A stretch of DNA of 20,000 bases from NCBI GenBank assembly GCA_000934665.2, contig KZ538098.1, positions 107,011 to 127,010 of the forward strand, written 5' to 3'. Positions within the stretch are counted from its first letter, which is position 1; the number at the start of each line of letters is the position of its first letter. The DNA is from Catajapyx aquilonaris (Eukaryota). The position numbers and the translations under genes were made by a program. Below are positions 9,267 through 20,000 of this stretch, in pieces. The notes below the pieces were generated by a model. That model worked only from the letters and a program-made list of their open reading frames with translations, was not told where the DNA came from and made no database searches.

Positions 9267-12200
9267 CTGAAATTTGAATTCAATTATTATTAACTTTAAA
9301 AAGTAGAATTTTTGGATGACTTTTTGGTTTCTGGATTAATATTTAACAATTAAATTCAACATGAAGGATGTACCTTGCATGTCGCAAGGCTTCGTGTCAA
9401 GTACACACACAAAAACGCAACAGCTTCAAAAATTCATCTCGTGAATTATACAAATCACGCTGTATTTTTATTCGTCCGCTTGTGTCCTGCCTTGTAACCA
9501 TGCTGTACATGGGAAAAATTCATAACTGGCCGCACGTTTTCAGCTGTCCCAACCCAGCTATTCATGGGCGCAGTGTGTTTGGAGCCCCCCCTGGAATTCT
9601 CATTCCCTCCCGTCCCGGTGAGCAATACGTTCATTTGAGACGGAGAGTGTGTCCAGGAATTCAATTAAGGAGTGCAAACCACCCTGCTATGCATAAGCAG
9701 GGTGCTAATATACGTGTCTCTGCAGAGGGACACAACCAGGCTCCAAGAAACGACTCCAAGTGCATTTAAGGCCCGATCCGAGCCCCCCCGAGCCCCTTAT
9801 CGAGCAGTATTCTCCAACGATGATGGCAGTACCAAGCGGCTAATTCGCATGCTAAGAGTCCCCCTAGAAGAAGCTACATGAACTCCGGGCTTTCATTACC
9901 CTCCCCTCTTCCCCCTATCCACGGTTTCCTGGCCTGGAAAAGCCCATATTGATTCCTAATGGTTCGTTCTCTAGTTGGAAACACCGTTCAGAGATGGAGC
10001 TCACAACGGATTCGCCCGCGGCATCTGGCGGGATTTGGCCGAACTACCTCGATGCGGATGGGCTTAAACGCTTTTCACAAATAGCAGGGTCGATTAAATT
10101 ATAGTAAATAACAGTTAGGCCTTATCATTTGACTGGTACCGGTTGTTAAAACGTTCCGGAGTTATTCCGTACTAGTTAATTGCTGCTACTATCCGCCATG
10201 AAGCCGGCATATATACCAAAAGGACCTGTCGATTGATTCTGTGGCTCCACCCCTTCCGAAATGTCCCAAATGAGTCGAGGCCTAGAATGAATGGCCACCA
10301 TCGTGCCAGTCACGCAAGAGTCATCATCGTTAGAGGGAGGGGGGAACAGAAGCAGCCGCAGCCATCCAGGGAATGCCCCGTGGTCCTTCCGCACTGCATT
10401 CATCTCCGGGACAACGGAGTGTCAAAAGTGTTACTGCCTCGCCTAATTAAAGCCGACAAAAACTGTGATATCATGTTGCGCCAACAATTTTTTTTTTGGG
10501 CTGTTCCCAACGCAAAAAACAGAGGAAGTCTGGCCTGGTTCACAGAGTCGTTAGCAGACTGTCAACACGAAACCGGAGGGTGGAATTAACCCATAATCAC
10601 ATTGATTTGGGCCTCTGATCTTCTGTGTAGGCGAACCCATGTCCAAACACGTTACAATAACCAGGCCCACTGTAATATGACACCGGGCCGTGTGTTTTGG
10701 AGTTCCGCAATGCAACTGGCCTACAGAGTTAAGAGCTGTGGAAAAATTATCCTAATATTATGTCCCGCTATTTTTAGAGCTGCAAATGGGGAGGTTATAA
10801 GCTTGTGGCGTGAACATTTACGACTGGAATTACTCTTGTTTTTTTTATCTCTTAAAAGCCATGTCGAGAGTTGGCACGAATCTGCCCGCACAAGACATTT
10901 CGGCCATCCTTTTTATTTGTATTATTCAGTGCAAACTGTCGAAAGGATAACAATGCCCGTAATTACTGGGAAGCATGCCTCAAGTGGCGATAAAACTCGC
11001 GACCAAAACGCATCATCGCCATTAACATTCATTATCGTGGTACTCGCAGGGACTCTCGATCACAATTATTTGATAATGCGGTATATATGGAGCGACACTG
11101 CAACTAATGCATCAAATGATAGGGTTTTGGTCACAATTATTTGATGTCCATCAATTTGATCTGGTACCAATATCGGCATGAAATTTGATATCCAATCGCC
11201 GAATTTAATTTGAGTTAGTTTTTCAATGTGGCTGAATACTGGATTATCCTTTTTTTTGCAAAAAAATTTGAATAGTGATGATTTAACCAGAAAATCGACT
11301 TGAACTTTTGACATTGAAAGGAACAATGCCATGCAGGCCAGCAGAAGTCGTAAGTGATTTTTATGACCCCCTGTAAGTTAGGAGGTGAGCGGTCCAAGGT
11401 CACAGGCTCATTTGCCCTGGTTTTTATGACCACCCAACGCCCAAATTCTCGAAAGGTCCGCCCCCCCAGGTTTCTGAATCCGCCAGCCTCATAAAGCAGC
11501 ACGCCACGCCATACTATTGGCTTGTAAAATATTGCCCCGGATTCTTCCTCCCGAATTATTGATAAACTTTAATCGTTGGCTTTCAACTGAAATCAATACC
11601 TCTGTGTAGTAGTATTGTAGGGCAACTCCCCCCGTCCTATAGTGTATGGAGTACATGTGCATAATGGGGCCAATGTTACTAGATGAAGCCGGTCAGGGAT
11701 GGGTGATGATGAATACAGTTTGTGTGTTCTTTCCCCTCTTCTTCAGCACCACATGTGCTCCGTTTTTATCCCCGGAGGTGACGAAAGGTCACGTTTAGGG
11801 GAGAATATCTCAAGGGGTGAAGGCTACGAGAGTCCATTTCCCTCTCGCCGCCCACGTTGGGAATATGCAGCAGTCTGGGTATCATCAGATGGAAAGATAT
11901 ACGAAACTTGAAAAATTGGCATCCCTGTTGGTCACCTTCCTCCAACAAATTGTCCAATATGACGTCACCTGTCGAAAGTCAGACATGGCGGCTACCACAG
12001 ATTGCATTGCTGGGAAAACCCCTATTCGAAATTAGCAATTTCACTTCAACGTAATTGCGAACTTTGCTCTTCCACTCAAAGCAGGGGTACCAATTGGTGG
12101 CCGCGCAATAGGCGCCGTAATTATTCCCTCATCCTAATAATTGCCTTACTTCAGGATAATTTGGCCAGTCATTTGGAGTGACCTCGCTTACCGTTTCGCA

Positions 12201-12283
12201 GCCAGACTTGGCGAAAACAAGTACCTCTCCTTAATGCAAATGTCTTGGCAATCTCTTGTCTGCTGTGGAGAGAGATAACTGAC
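9267..12283 (-). other. Dys: Dystrophin intron (3017 bp, phase 2, GT-AG)
   Basis: Bounded by the donor gtcagt (plus-strand actgac, 12278-12283) and the acceptor tttcag (ct at 9267-9268). The split codon is AG/C. Confidence 0.9.
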
Positions 12284-12438
12284 CTGGTGTTGAGGTTGTT
12301 GTATCTCTGGTTGATCTGCTCTGTCATTTTCTTGACTTTGCTGGTGTCGTCCTGCTGATAGACGGCAATGAGCTTCTGGGTGAGTTGGTTGAACAGCTCG
12401 ATCTGGTGCTTGTACTGGTGCAGCTCGGCGTGGAACGA
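12284..12438 (-). CDS. Dys: Dystrophin internal coding exon (155 bp, equivalent to human DMD exon 54; spectrin repeat about R21)
   Basis: Seen in sequence: the acceptor is ttttggtcctattcgcag|TCG and the donor ACC AG|gtcagt. The exon holds 51 codons plus 2 nt, SFHAELHQYKHQIELFNQLTQKLIAVYQQDDTSKVKKMTEQINQRYNNLNT. Its phase-0 start matches the previous donor. The ORF track shows only a wrong-frame ORF here (12188..12454). Recalled knowledge: very close to insect Dystrophin (FHAELHQYK..IELFNQLTQKLIAVY..DDT). Confidence 0.96.
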
Positions 12439-15400
12439 CTGCGAATAGGACCAAAATTCAATTCAATTATGCGCCGGAATGCCCGCCATCTCCCGTCGAC
12501 TTAATTCAGACTCCGACTCGAATCGAGTCTCTCCCTCCCCCTCCAAAAACCCTTGCTCTCAACCCACTCTCAAGAGGTCGTTCTCCAAGCAACTACAGGA
12601 CTCTGGATGTCCCTTTCTACTGATTCCCTTTCCCCCAACTGACAGGCCAGCCCCCCACAAAACTGGCGCGTCTGAAAATAGCACAGCAGCTGTTTGCAAT
12701 CGCAGTGATGTCCATTAGCAGTGATTGGCATGTGATTGCTTAATGGGTCAAAAATCACAGCAGCGATTTTGTCACTGCTGGTCTGAAATGACGATTGTTA
12801 GGTTTCTCTGATGGAGCTGGATTTTTAAACAATTCAATCGCTGTCCTCAAAAAAGTATGTTTCCCAGCATTTACTGACTGTAGGTTCAAATAGCCAATTT
12901 TCCAATCTGTAGACTTACATAGCTCAGAATTGACTTGAAACTACTGCCAAGTATGCAAGAACTGCTACTTATGAACTGGTTTAAAAACTCTCAACTTGGC
13001 AGATTCTGCGCCACATCTGGGGTCCTAAACCCTCTGCAGTACCACCACTTTTATTTTTCGTACCCCCCCCCCTCCCCCCAAAAAATTCGCTTAGTGAGGA
13101 AGTATCTGGAATTTCAATTTGCATATTTAATGCATGTTAGCCTCCTTCTCATTTGGAAGGCGGTTCTAAGGCAGATGTGAAATAAGAGCCATCCAGCGGA
13201 GGGATTTTCTGGTCTCTTCCTGTTCGGGTCGGATTCTCATCACTCAGCTCTCATAAATCAGGGGGGCTGCAAGTAAGTACTTCTTCAGTGGCCACCGTCA
13301 CGCCTCACTAATGTGTCTCATCTTTCCCCCTCCTACCTCCCCCATCCATGGATGGAAACAAGGAAGGAGAGAGGTAGGGTCACATCTCGTGAGAGGAATA
13401 TTGATAAGTCCTCGACCCCCAAGGCCTGCCATTATAGGCTTCCCCTGGAAAGACATTGAGGCCTATAAGCCGGCAGAGGCACGTGGAGCGATGTTAATGG
13501 GACCGACATCACCTTTTGCAGAGGCTCCGACAAGGATTTGGGCTCGGGGAATGCTCCAACTCGTACCTGCTAAGCCTGCACTTTGCACGGGAGAGAACTT
13601 GACAACCGAAGTTGCTCTCAACTGCTGTACATGGAAGGCCTCGTCGCATTTTGTTAGGGAACCATTCCAAACTCCTAAACTCCGAAGCCTATAATATGTT
13701 CCACCATGTATTTTTCAGTTGTCAGCTAACTGCAGCTTATATTACGAGCAATTGCCGGTACAGGACAGTGCTTAAAATTAGCTAAACGAAATTGCAATGC
13801 GGTAAGCAAAATCTGGTGACTTGCCTCGATTCGTGACTGGGATTCTTCCGCGTCATCAGCTAAAATTTTAGCTTCACATGCAATATCCAATTAGGAAATT
13901 GGAGCCTACTATCTGAGCAAGATCACGTCATTATTAGCATAACAATGCGTCTGCCTTCAAGATTTCGCAATAACTCAAAAATTGAAACCTGGCTGGCATT
14001 ATCTTAATGGTTTCTTATTGGATCTGACAAACTAGCGATAATCTTTCTTATTAATTCCGACAGATTCCGGTTCGATAAAAAGGTTTGTCAGAAGATGAGC
14101 TACCTTCTCCGGGATTGAATCCGTCCGTCTGCCCCCATAGTGAACATTAGTCATCAAGACCAACCGCAGCTACGGAAATGGGCCAAACAGCAGATTCTGT
14201 GGTCCCATGAGAATGAAGGAAGAGGAAAGAAGAAAATGAGGGCGTTGCAAGGCCGCAGCTGCAGTGATCCGAACCAGCATCCGATCCATCCTCTCCTCCC
14301 CCCTCCATACCATCTCGAGACTTCGATTCCAAATGAAAGTAGGTCTTATGTGGAAGGGGCGGGGGACTTCAATTTCATCCTCTATGGTCTGACGGCGAGC
14401 ATGGCAGCAAATTACATTTCCCACATTGAAAAAACTGCGAGCATCTTCTCTTGTCTGAAGGAGAAGAAGAAGAAGGGAAAAAAATGAGGTTTTGCCAACA
14501 CATTTTCCTCCATTTTTAAATCATTCCGCCCCGCCTTCTTTCCAGATGGCGAAGGAAAATGTGCCGGGATGCAAGCCAATTTACCAAACTTTTGTTGCAA
14601 GTGCGTAATTGGGATGCTTTTTCATGACCCGCACTAAAATATTTTGAGTGGCTTTAGGCAAACAATGTTGAAGTCGACTTGGGACCTTTTTGTAAGAAAA
14701 TGTGTCGCTCTGCTCTCTCAATTACTATGAAGCAATTTTTGGCTCACTTTCACTGCGCAATGGAATTGCTGAATGGGCAATTCAGCAATACTTGGGCTGT
14801 GCAAATATCGAGAGAAGCACTTTTCTAAATTGTGTTGAATAATTTTCAGTGGTTCTACACTTTTAAGCCATTCCTTTTGACTTGAAATTTTCTCCCAGTT
14901 GCCTCGATCAAGGCTATTCTCAGAGCAATTTTTGGGTAAAATATTTACCGAAACGGAGGGAAAATTACTTGAAATTGAAAGGCAAATTTAACCTGCAAAA
15001 GCATTGCATGCTATTTCATGTGGAAATTATTATTTAACCAAAAATAACTAAAAATAACTTACGTTACAGAGTGGAAAGATAAACTACAGAGAGTTTCATC
15101 TTAAAATACCAACATATGAATATTTCACATCCAAAACTCATACAAACTGTACAGTTGAGCTCATTTCCCTCCTTCAAAGGATTGAAAATACACGGTTATT
15201 TTGCTGGCTATGTTTGCTTTTATATTGCAGGACTTCAGTCTGATTTTCTATGTGCGAGTGATACTTGCTCCATTTGCATAATTGCCTATTAAGTTCACTC
15301 CACATTTCAATGGAAATTAACCCTGGGAGAACTTCCTAAAATCACTGAACTTATTCGAGAAGAACAACGATCATTTTTTTTAAACCTTTTGAGTGCACGG

Positions 15401-16310
15401 AATAATCGGAGTAATGACCCTTCCTGCACGCAATTCAGGTCACTCATGAATTAATACACTTGCACTGCTCCCACGGCATAACAGGCTGAGGCAAGGAGCA
15501 GAAATTATCGTAATGGTTACGCCGATTTATAAATTATTACATTAATAATGTCTAAGCCGCCACTCACCCTGCAGTTACACGAGCAACTAAATTATGCCAG
15601 ATCCTCCTCTACAGGCTGGCAGCAGATTCGAAAATGTGTCAACAGCTCCCATGTTACTTCATCTGCTCAACAGCCTCCCCAGATTAATTGTGCACTGTAT
15701 GAACAAAATGCAGTGGGCATTGAATTTATCAATGATAATGTGTAATTTAAGTCCAATTTCTATTTCTTTTTAGCTCCACAATTGGCTGATGGAATCCGAC
15801 ATAACAGTTCGCGCCTTCTACACAGCCAAATAAAGAAAGGTGTTTACCGCATAGGTAAGTCCTGGCACAACCTCCAGAGACCTGTTCGCATTGTGCTTCA
15901 AGGGAGCGGAAAAAGAGGTTCAGGAAGGTTCAATCAGAAGGACAAGAGTGGAAGGAGTGGGTGAATCCAACCAACATCGATTATTCCTCTCTCTCTCTCT
16001 TTTTATTTTCCTTCCGAAAAAAAAAGTAGGCACGGCTTGGTTTATGGGCGGCTATATATGATCCTGCAACCCAACTTCCATCCCCATCATCTATGGGGAC
16101 GTTTGGAATTCACTATCCCCCCCCCCCTACCTCTATACCCCTCCCTTTGCCCTCAAACCAAAACCCCTCGACCCCACCTCCCATGGGCTTCAAAATCGCG
16201 CTTTTTGTGGGAATGAAGCCAAGCGTATTGACTGTAGGGCTCAAAAAATGGACTCGCTCTATGGCTGAGAAGTACGTATAACCAGAGGCAACAGCCAGAG
16301 AGAGAGAGGG

Positions 16311-16386
<76 letters not shown>

Positions 16387-17236
16387 AGGCCGCAATACGA
16401 TATTGGAACCTTCAGTTCAATCTGAATTGGCATTTATGGCTCTTGTCGTCTCTCCTAGTTGAATCCTAATTAATCGCTCTGAATCCCTCTAGTTCACAAC
16501 GGAGTTTCTGACTGAGTTGCTCCGGTCGTCTCGTCGAAGTCTAGACTTGGGTAGCAGACCTCGTTAACTCACTGGAGGCTTGCATTACTATTTGGTGTTC
16601 TAAGATCCCTTTCACTGTGGTTGATTCACCGGTTAGTGCAGTAACAATACAGGCCCAATTAGCCAACTGGTTGAGCCCATTTACAATACAGGTCTTGGAG
16701 ATTACGAAACTCTAGTACAGACCGTTTCAATTTCATAGTAGCTTACAGTAGACTACAGTTGACTGCGACACACGACATGCGACATACGACATCGTATCTT
16801 CAAACATTTCATTATCAAGACGTCCACGTAATAATCGCTGAATGCGGAAAAATCTGGAGCAGTTGTCGGACGATGACTTCAGATCGTCCTGAATGTGCAG
16901 GAACTCCAGACATGTCAGTTCCATAAAACGTATTTCATGACTAGACGTCCCAAGCAGTGCCAACTGCCAACTTTTGACTCTTCCGGAGAAGAAAGAAAAA
17001 AAGGCCTCGGCTCTCCGACACGTCAATTGGCAATTTATCTAGCAAGCCCTCACGCAAGGACAGTAGCCTAGATACTAATTAGCTTCCACTGGGACTCGGA
17101 TTGCCAATCACTGCTCCACAACCTCATCTTATAGGGAACACCTCGTACACGGCTGGACATTCCTTGGAAGTTTTCCGACAGTGCCTAGTTTTGAATACTT
17201 TTGATAATATGTCCAGTTGCTTCAACTAGAACTGAC
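12439..17236 (-). other. Dys: Dystrophin intron (4798 bp, phase 0, GT-AG)
   Basis: Bounded by the donor gtcagt (plus-strand actgac, 17231-17236) and the acceptor cag (plus-strand ct, 12439-12440). The flanking exons join in frame. Confidence 0.9.
16319..16382. repeat. (AT)32 microsatellite, preceded by a short (AG)n and an A run
   Basis: A perfect AT dinucleotide array is directly visible. It produces the spurious YIYIYI ORFs. Confidence 0.98.
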
Positions 17237-17448
17237 CTTCTGCTCCCTGAGCTGCACTTCTAGGACGTCAGCGGTGTGTCCGACCAGGCCCATCCTGTCC
17301 AGCCTGGCCTCCATGCGTCCCAGCCAAGCTTCCACCTCCACCCGCTTGGCTTCGTAGCGCTGGCTGTCGGCCAACATGGCGTCCAGCTCCGTCTTCCGGG
17401 CCATCACCTTTGCGTTCGTGTCCTCCCAGTGCTCCCGCAGCTTGGTGA
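17237..17448 (-). CDS. Dys: Dystrophin internal coding exon (212 bp, equivalent to human DMD exon 53; spectrin repeat, about end of R20 to start of R21)
   Basis: Seen in sequence: the acceptor is tgtgtttccggcag|TC and the donor AAG|gtcagt. The exon holds 2 nt plus 70 codons, TKLREHWEDTNAKVMARKTELDAMLADSQRYEAKRVEVEAWLGRMEARLDRMGLVGHTADVLEVQLREQK, and ends in phase 0. Recalled knowledge: it carries the spectrin-repeat tryptophans and aligns by eye to human DMD IERIQNQWDEVQEHLQNRRQQLNEMLKDS... Confidence 0.95.
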
Positions 17449-19023
17449 CTGCCGGAAACACACAAAAGAAAAGGTTCAAAGACATCTCTCTCGGTACATT
17501 TGCACCACCCCACATGAAAAAAGGAAAGGGGGAACAAATCCTAGCTCGCGACACTTGGCAGCCGCCACCATCTTTCTTCCTAGGTCCCCCCTCTCACAAA
17601 AGCCTACTTTCCGATTCAGCATTTGCATCGCCAACGAGTCTGATAAGCACACCTGCTTTGCATGACAAACTTGCCTCCCCTTCTTATTCCTCCCCGTCCA
17701 TATACCCAGAGCAAATCCTTTCCTCCAGCACCAAGGTGCATCACCATATCAGATTAGGGCTTCTAACTGGCCTGCAATTGATGGCATGCATTGCATTACA
17801 AGCAGTGTACCGAGCCATACCCTTTTTTAAATTCAATCGCATGCTGGCGGAGTGCGGCTGAGGAGGGACATTTGTCTGAGTGGACTCGGGGCAGAAGATA
17901 GCAGTTAAACCCCCCCCCCCACCCAGTCTGAATTTTTCAAGGGGCTACCAAAAATAGCCCGCAAATTATCCCTGCTCCGCTGAATAATTGGGCAGATGTC
18001 TACTCCATCAAGCGGGGTTGGCCCAGGGGCGAGTCATCTTGCTGCCTCCGCGCAAAAATTTCGTGTAAAATATCCTCAGGCTGTTCCCTTCCAAAAAAAA
18101 GGGCGGATTAATAAGAAAAAGGGTGCTCTGCAAGCAAGAAAGAGGCAAAATAATGTATTGCGTTTGCTACTGCTGGCTCTTCACCTTCGCTGCCGCACCT
18201 CGGTTAATTATGCAAATGAAGCCCTCAAGTGCCAGAAGGGGGAGGGAGTCCACCATCCACTTAGAAACCCATGAATACTTCATTGCTGCGGAGCAAATTC
18301 TCTTAGAAGATGGATCACTCAGACAGACGCACCCGAAGAAAAAAAAAATACAAACCACATGCAAATTCCGGATTCCTCAGCCACAATTTCAGACCCTCAA
18401 CTAAAATTACAAATTTTAAGGCGCAATTGGTGGATCCGGATGCTGCAGATTTTTTTCCCTGCACTCTGCATGAATTATCCGACGAGGTATCTCCATTACG
18501 AAATAACCAGAATTGTGCATGCACACACATACAACGCTGCGAGCCCGGTGTGTCCGACTCCATAAAAACCGCCGATTTTAATTAGATTACATGCCTCCTG
18601 CCTGACACAAACCTGCACACGTTCCCTGGCCTGTCATGAATAAAACCAGTACCAAGCTCCCATCCCCCCCAGAAAACTCCATAAAAATTGAAACTGGAAA
18701 AAAAAAATCCGTGCCAAATATTGGGGAGTACAAGCCGGGGCCTAGGCAAGGTAATGAAGCGAGTTTTGCGGAAAACTGGGCGCCACTAATTGGAGCCTCC
18801 CAATCTGCAGCTTGAGCATCCCATCAAAATTTAGGGAGGGGCCCAAAACCGGGATGATTTTCCTCTCTCGTAAGACCCCCCCCCCCCCCCCAAATGATGA
18901 TGCCACAGTGGGCCACGCCTCGTCCCATTATTTTACGACCTTCCCCATCTTCCCACCTCAGTCCGTATTGATCAGCAATTAGCCTTCCTTAATTCCGTGC
19001 CTATCATAATTTGGGGACTGGTT

Positions 19024-19057
19024 AGGAGGGGGGGAGCTAAGGCCATCCCCCCCTCCT
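19024..19057. repeat. Perfect 12-bp purine/pyrimidine inverted repeat with a 10-nt loop
   Basis: AGGAGGGGGGGA (19024-19035), loop GCTAAGGCCA, TCCCCCCCTCCT (19046-19057). The arms are low complexity. Confidence 0.75.
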
Positions 19058-19704
19058 GGTTTTTTTTTTGGGGGGGGCGAATTAATCCGGGTTGTCAGGT
19101 GAGGGGCGGGTTTGGATTTGGGCTGTGGCTTGGCTGGCAGATATGAGTCGCTTGATTGAGTTATGTGGATGGGAGGACAACAACAGGTCTTACGAAAGGT
19201 GACAGTTTGGGTGACACAGGGGACAAAACAGGCAATAACACCACCGTTTTACCATATTATTGGAAGGCTCCAAAAAGCTGGTCCAACTTTTCACATTTTA
19301 AATAATGAACTATATAGAAAAGCACTCGCTATGCTCGATTTTTTTCTAGGCCTGCGGCCTGCGGTGTTGGAGTACATATTCCCCCATCTGTTGGGTATCC
19401 TAGAATGCACTTCAGAACTTCCAAATTTTCAAGTTTCCATCGGTATGAGCAAGAGCTAATAACTGAGAGCATGTGACAAGTCCTCTGCCGTGACTGAACC
19501 TCTGATGGACCAGGGAAGTGTTGAGATTAGTTTCCCTCTGGCGCGACTAGGCCGAACCAAGAAGGGAACCTTTGTCCCTCCCAGAGGCGTGGCTTCTTCA
19601 GGGGGTCAACTCTTTCTGTTCCTCATTTATCACCTTGGGTTGGGGTGGGTGCGAAGAAAGGCCCCAGGGCTCCTGGACTTTGACCCCCCCCTGCCCAGAA
19701 TGGT

Positions 19705-19812
19705 AGGCCCACGGAGTCACCAGGCATGTCAAAAGTAGATCTAGCATGATAACTTCAACAAGTTTTCTTAATATACACATGGGTTTCCGTGGGCCTGTTT
19801 GTGACATGCCTG
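19705..19812. repeat. Two interleaved perfect 11-bp inverted repeats (A-B...A'-B')
   Basis: AGGCCCACGGA 19705-19715 pairs with TCCGTGGGCCT 19786-19796. CAGGCATGTCA 19721-19731 pairs with TGACATGCCTG 19802-19812. Confidence 0.85.
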
Positions 19813-20000
19813 CTGGTACGAATCGAGTATGAAAAGATAGGTTTTCGACACCTTAGAATTCATATTTGCCGTCAAAAATGGAAAAAGGTGCGTCCTTAAA
19901 AATTTCTGCGGATTATTTTAAAAGGTTCATTCCGTACCTGTGATAAGCCCGAGGATGATAGATTAGGAAGGGAGTCTGACTCCGTGGGATGGGGTCAGAT

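Larger units (their letters stand above)
17449..20000 (-). other. Dys: 3' part of the intron upstream of the exon-53 equivalent
   Basis: The acceptor AG is at 17449-17450. I found no phase-compatible spectrin-like exon in 17449-20000. Confidence 0.7.

Noticed and set aside
10885..10935. Minus-strand CTGAATA...GGCCGAAATGTC resembling a Penelope-type minimal hammerhead ribozyme
   Set aside because: The core deviates from CUGANGA and helix II cannot form. Other CTGANGA hits I checked by eye (about 5256, 7127, 13852, 18073) also lack a valid helix II plus GAAA.
10602..11144. Longest ORF in the track (180 aa, + strand)
   Set aside because: It has a non-ATG start, no recognisable domain and non-coding-like composition, and it lies antisense inside an intron.
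12186..12283. Alternative downstream donor CG|GTAAGC extending the exon-54 equivalent
   Set aside because: The extension is open but ends in phase 1, which does not match the phase-2 acceptor at 9266, so it would shift the frame.
14108..14125. CCGGGATTGAATCC, resembling a reverse tRNA/SINE B-box
   Set aside because: The match is imperfect, with no A-box at the right spacing and no cloverleaf.
14765..14789. 10-bp inverted repeat ATTGCTGAAT/ATTCAGCAAT, and similar 8-10 bp stems near 7250, 8810 and 14020-14095
   Set aside because: They are short and have no supporting context, so I cannot separate them from chance or decayed repeats.
16113..16433. YIYIYI-repeat ORFs
   Set aside because: They are artefacts of the stop-free (AT)n microsatellite.
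17268..17861. ORFs 17268..17537 (-), 17276..17665 (+) and 17376..17861 (+)
   Set aside because: These are shadow frames or antisense of the GC-rich dystrophin exon. The same applies to 8892..9248 and 12188..12454.
19932..20000. Donor-like CAG|GTACGG as the end of the upstream (exon-52-like) exon
   Set aside because: The required frame has a TAA stop a few codons upstream and shows no spectrin-like sequence.
1..20000. Prokaryotic features (operons, CRISPR arrays, intrinsic terminators, IS elements)
   Set aside because: The window is a spliceosomal-intron-rich animal gene. I saw no regularly spaced repeats and no transposase or reverse-transcriptase ORFs.

Overview
This is eukaryotic (most likely insect or other arthropod) genomic DNA from inside a large dystrophin gene on the minus strand. 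Three coding exons are present: 17448-17237 (212 bp), 12438-12284 (155 bp) and 9266-9077 (190 bp). All have canonical AG/GT boundaries and splice into one uninterrupted spectrin-repeat reading frame. Their lengths, phases and translations correspond to human DMD exons 53, 54 and 55 as I recall them. The remaining ~97% of the window is intron, and the other short ORFs in the track look like chance. The best non-coding leads are: (1) a cluster at 5.9-6.5 kb with a 27-bp hairpin, five GCAGGTG E-boxes, two CRE palindromes and Sox-type sites, inside the intron that hosts the Dp116 internal promoter in mammals; (2) a crossed, pseudoknot-type pair of 11-bp inverted repeats at 19.7-19.8 kb; (3) several smaller perfect hairpins and an (AT)32 microsatellite. 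I found no prokaryotic features, intact transposon ORF, tRNA/rRNA or CRISPR array, and I cannot support a claim of a new biological system from the sequence alone.
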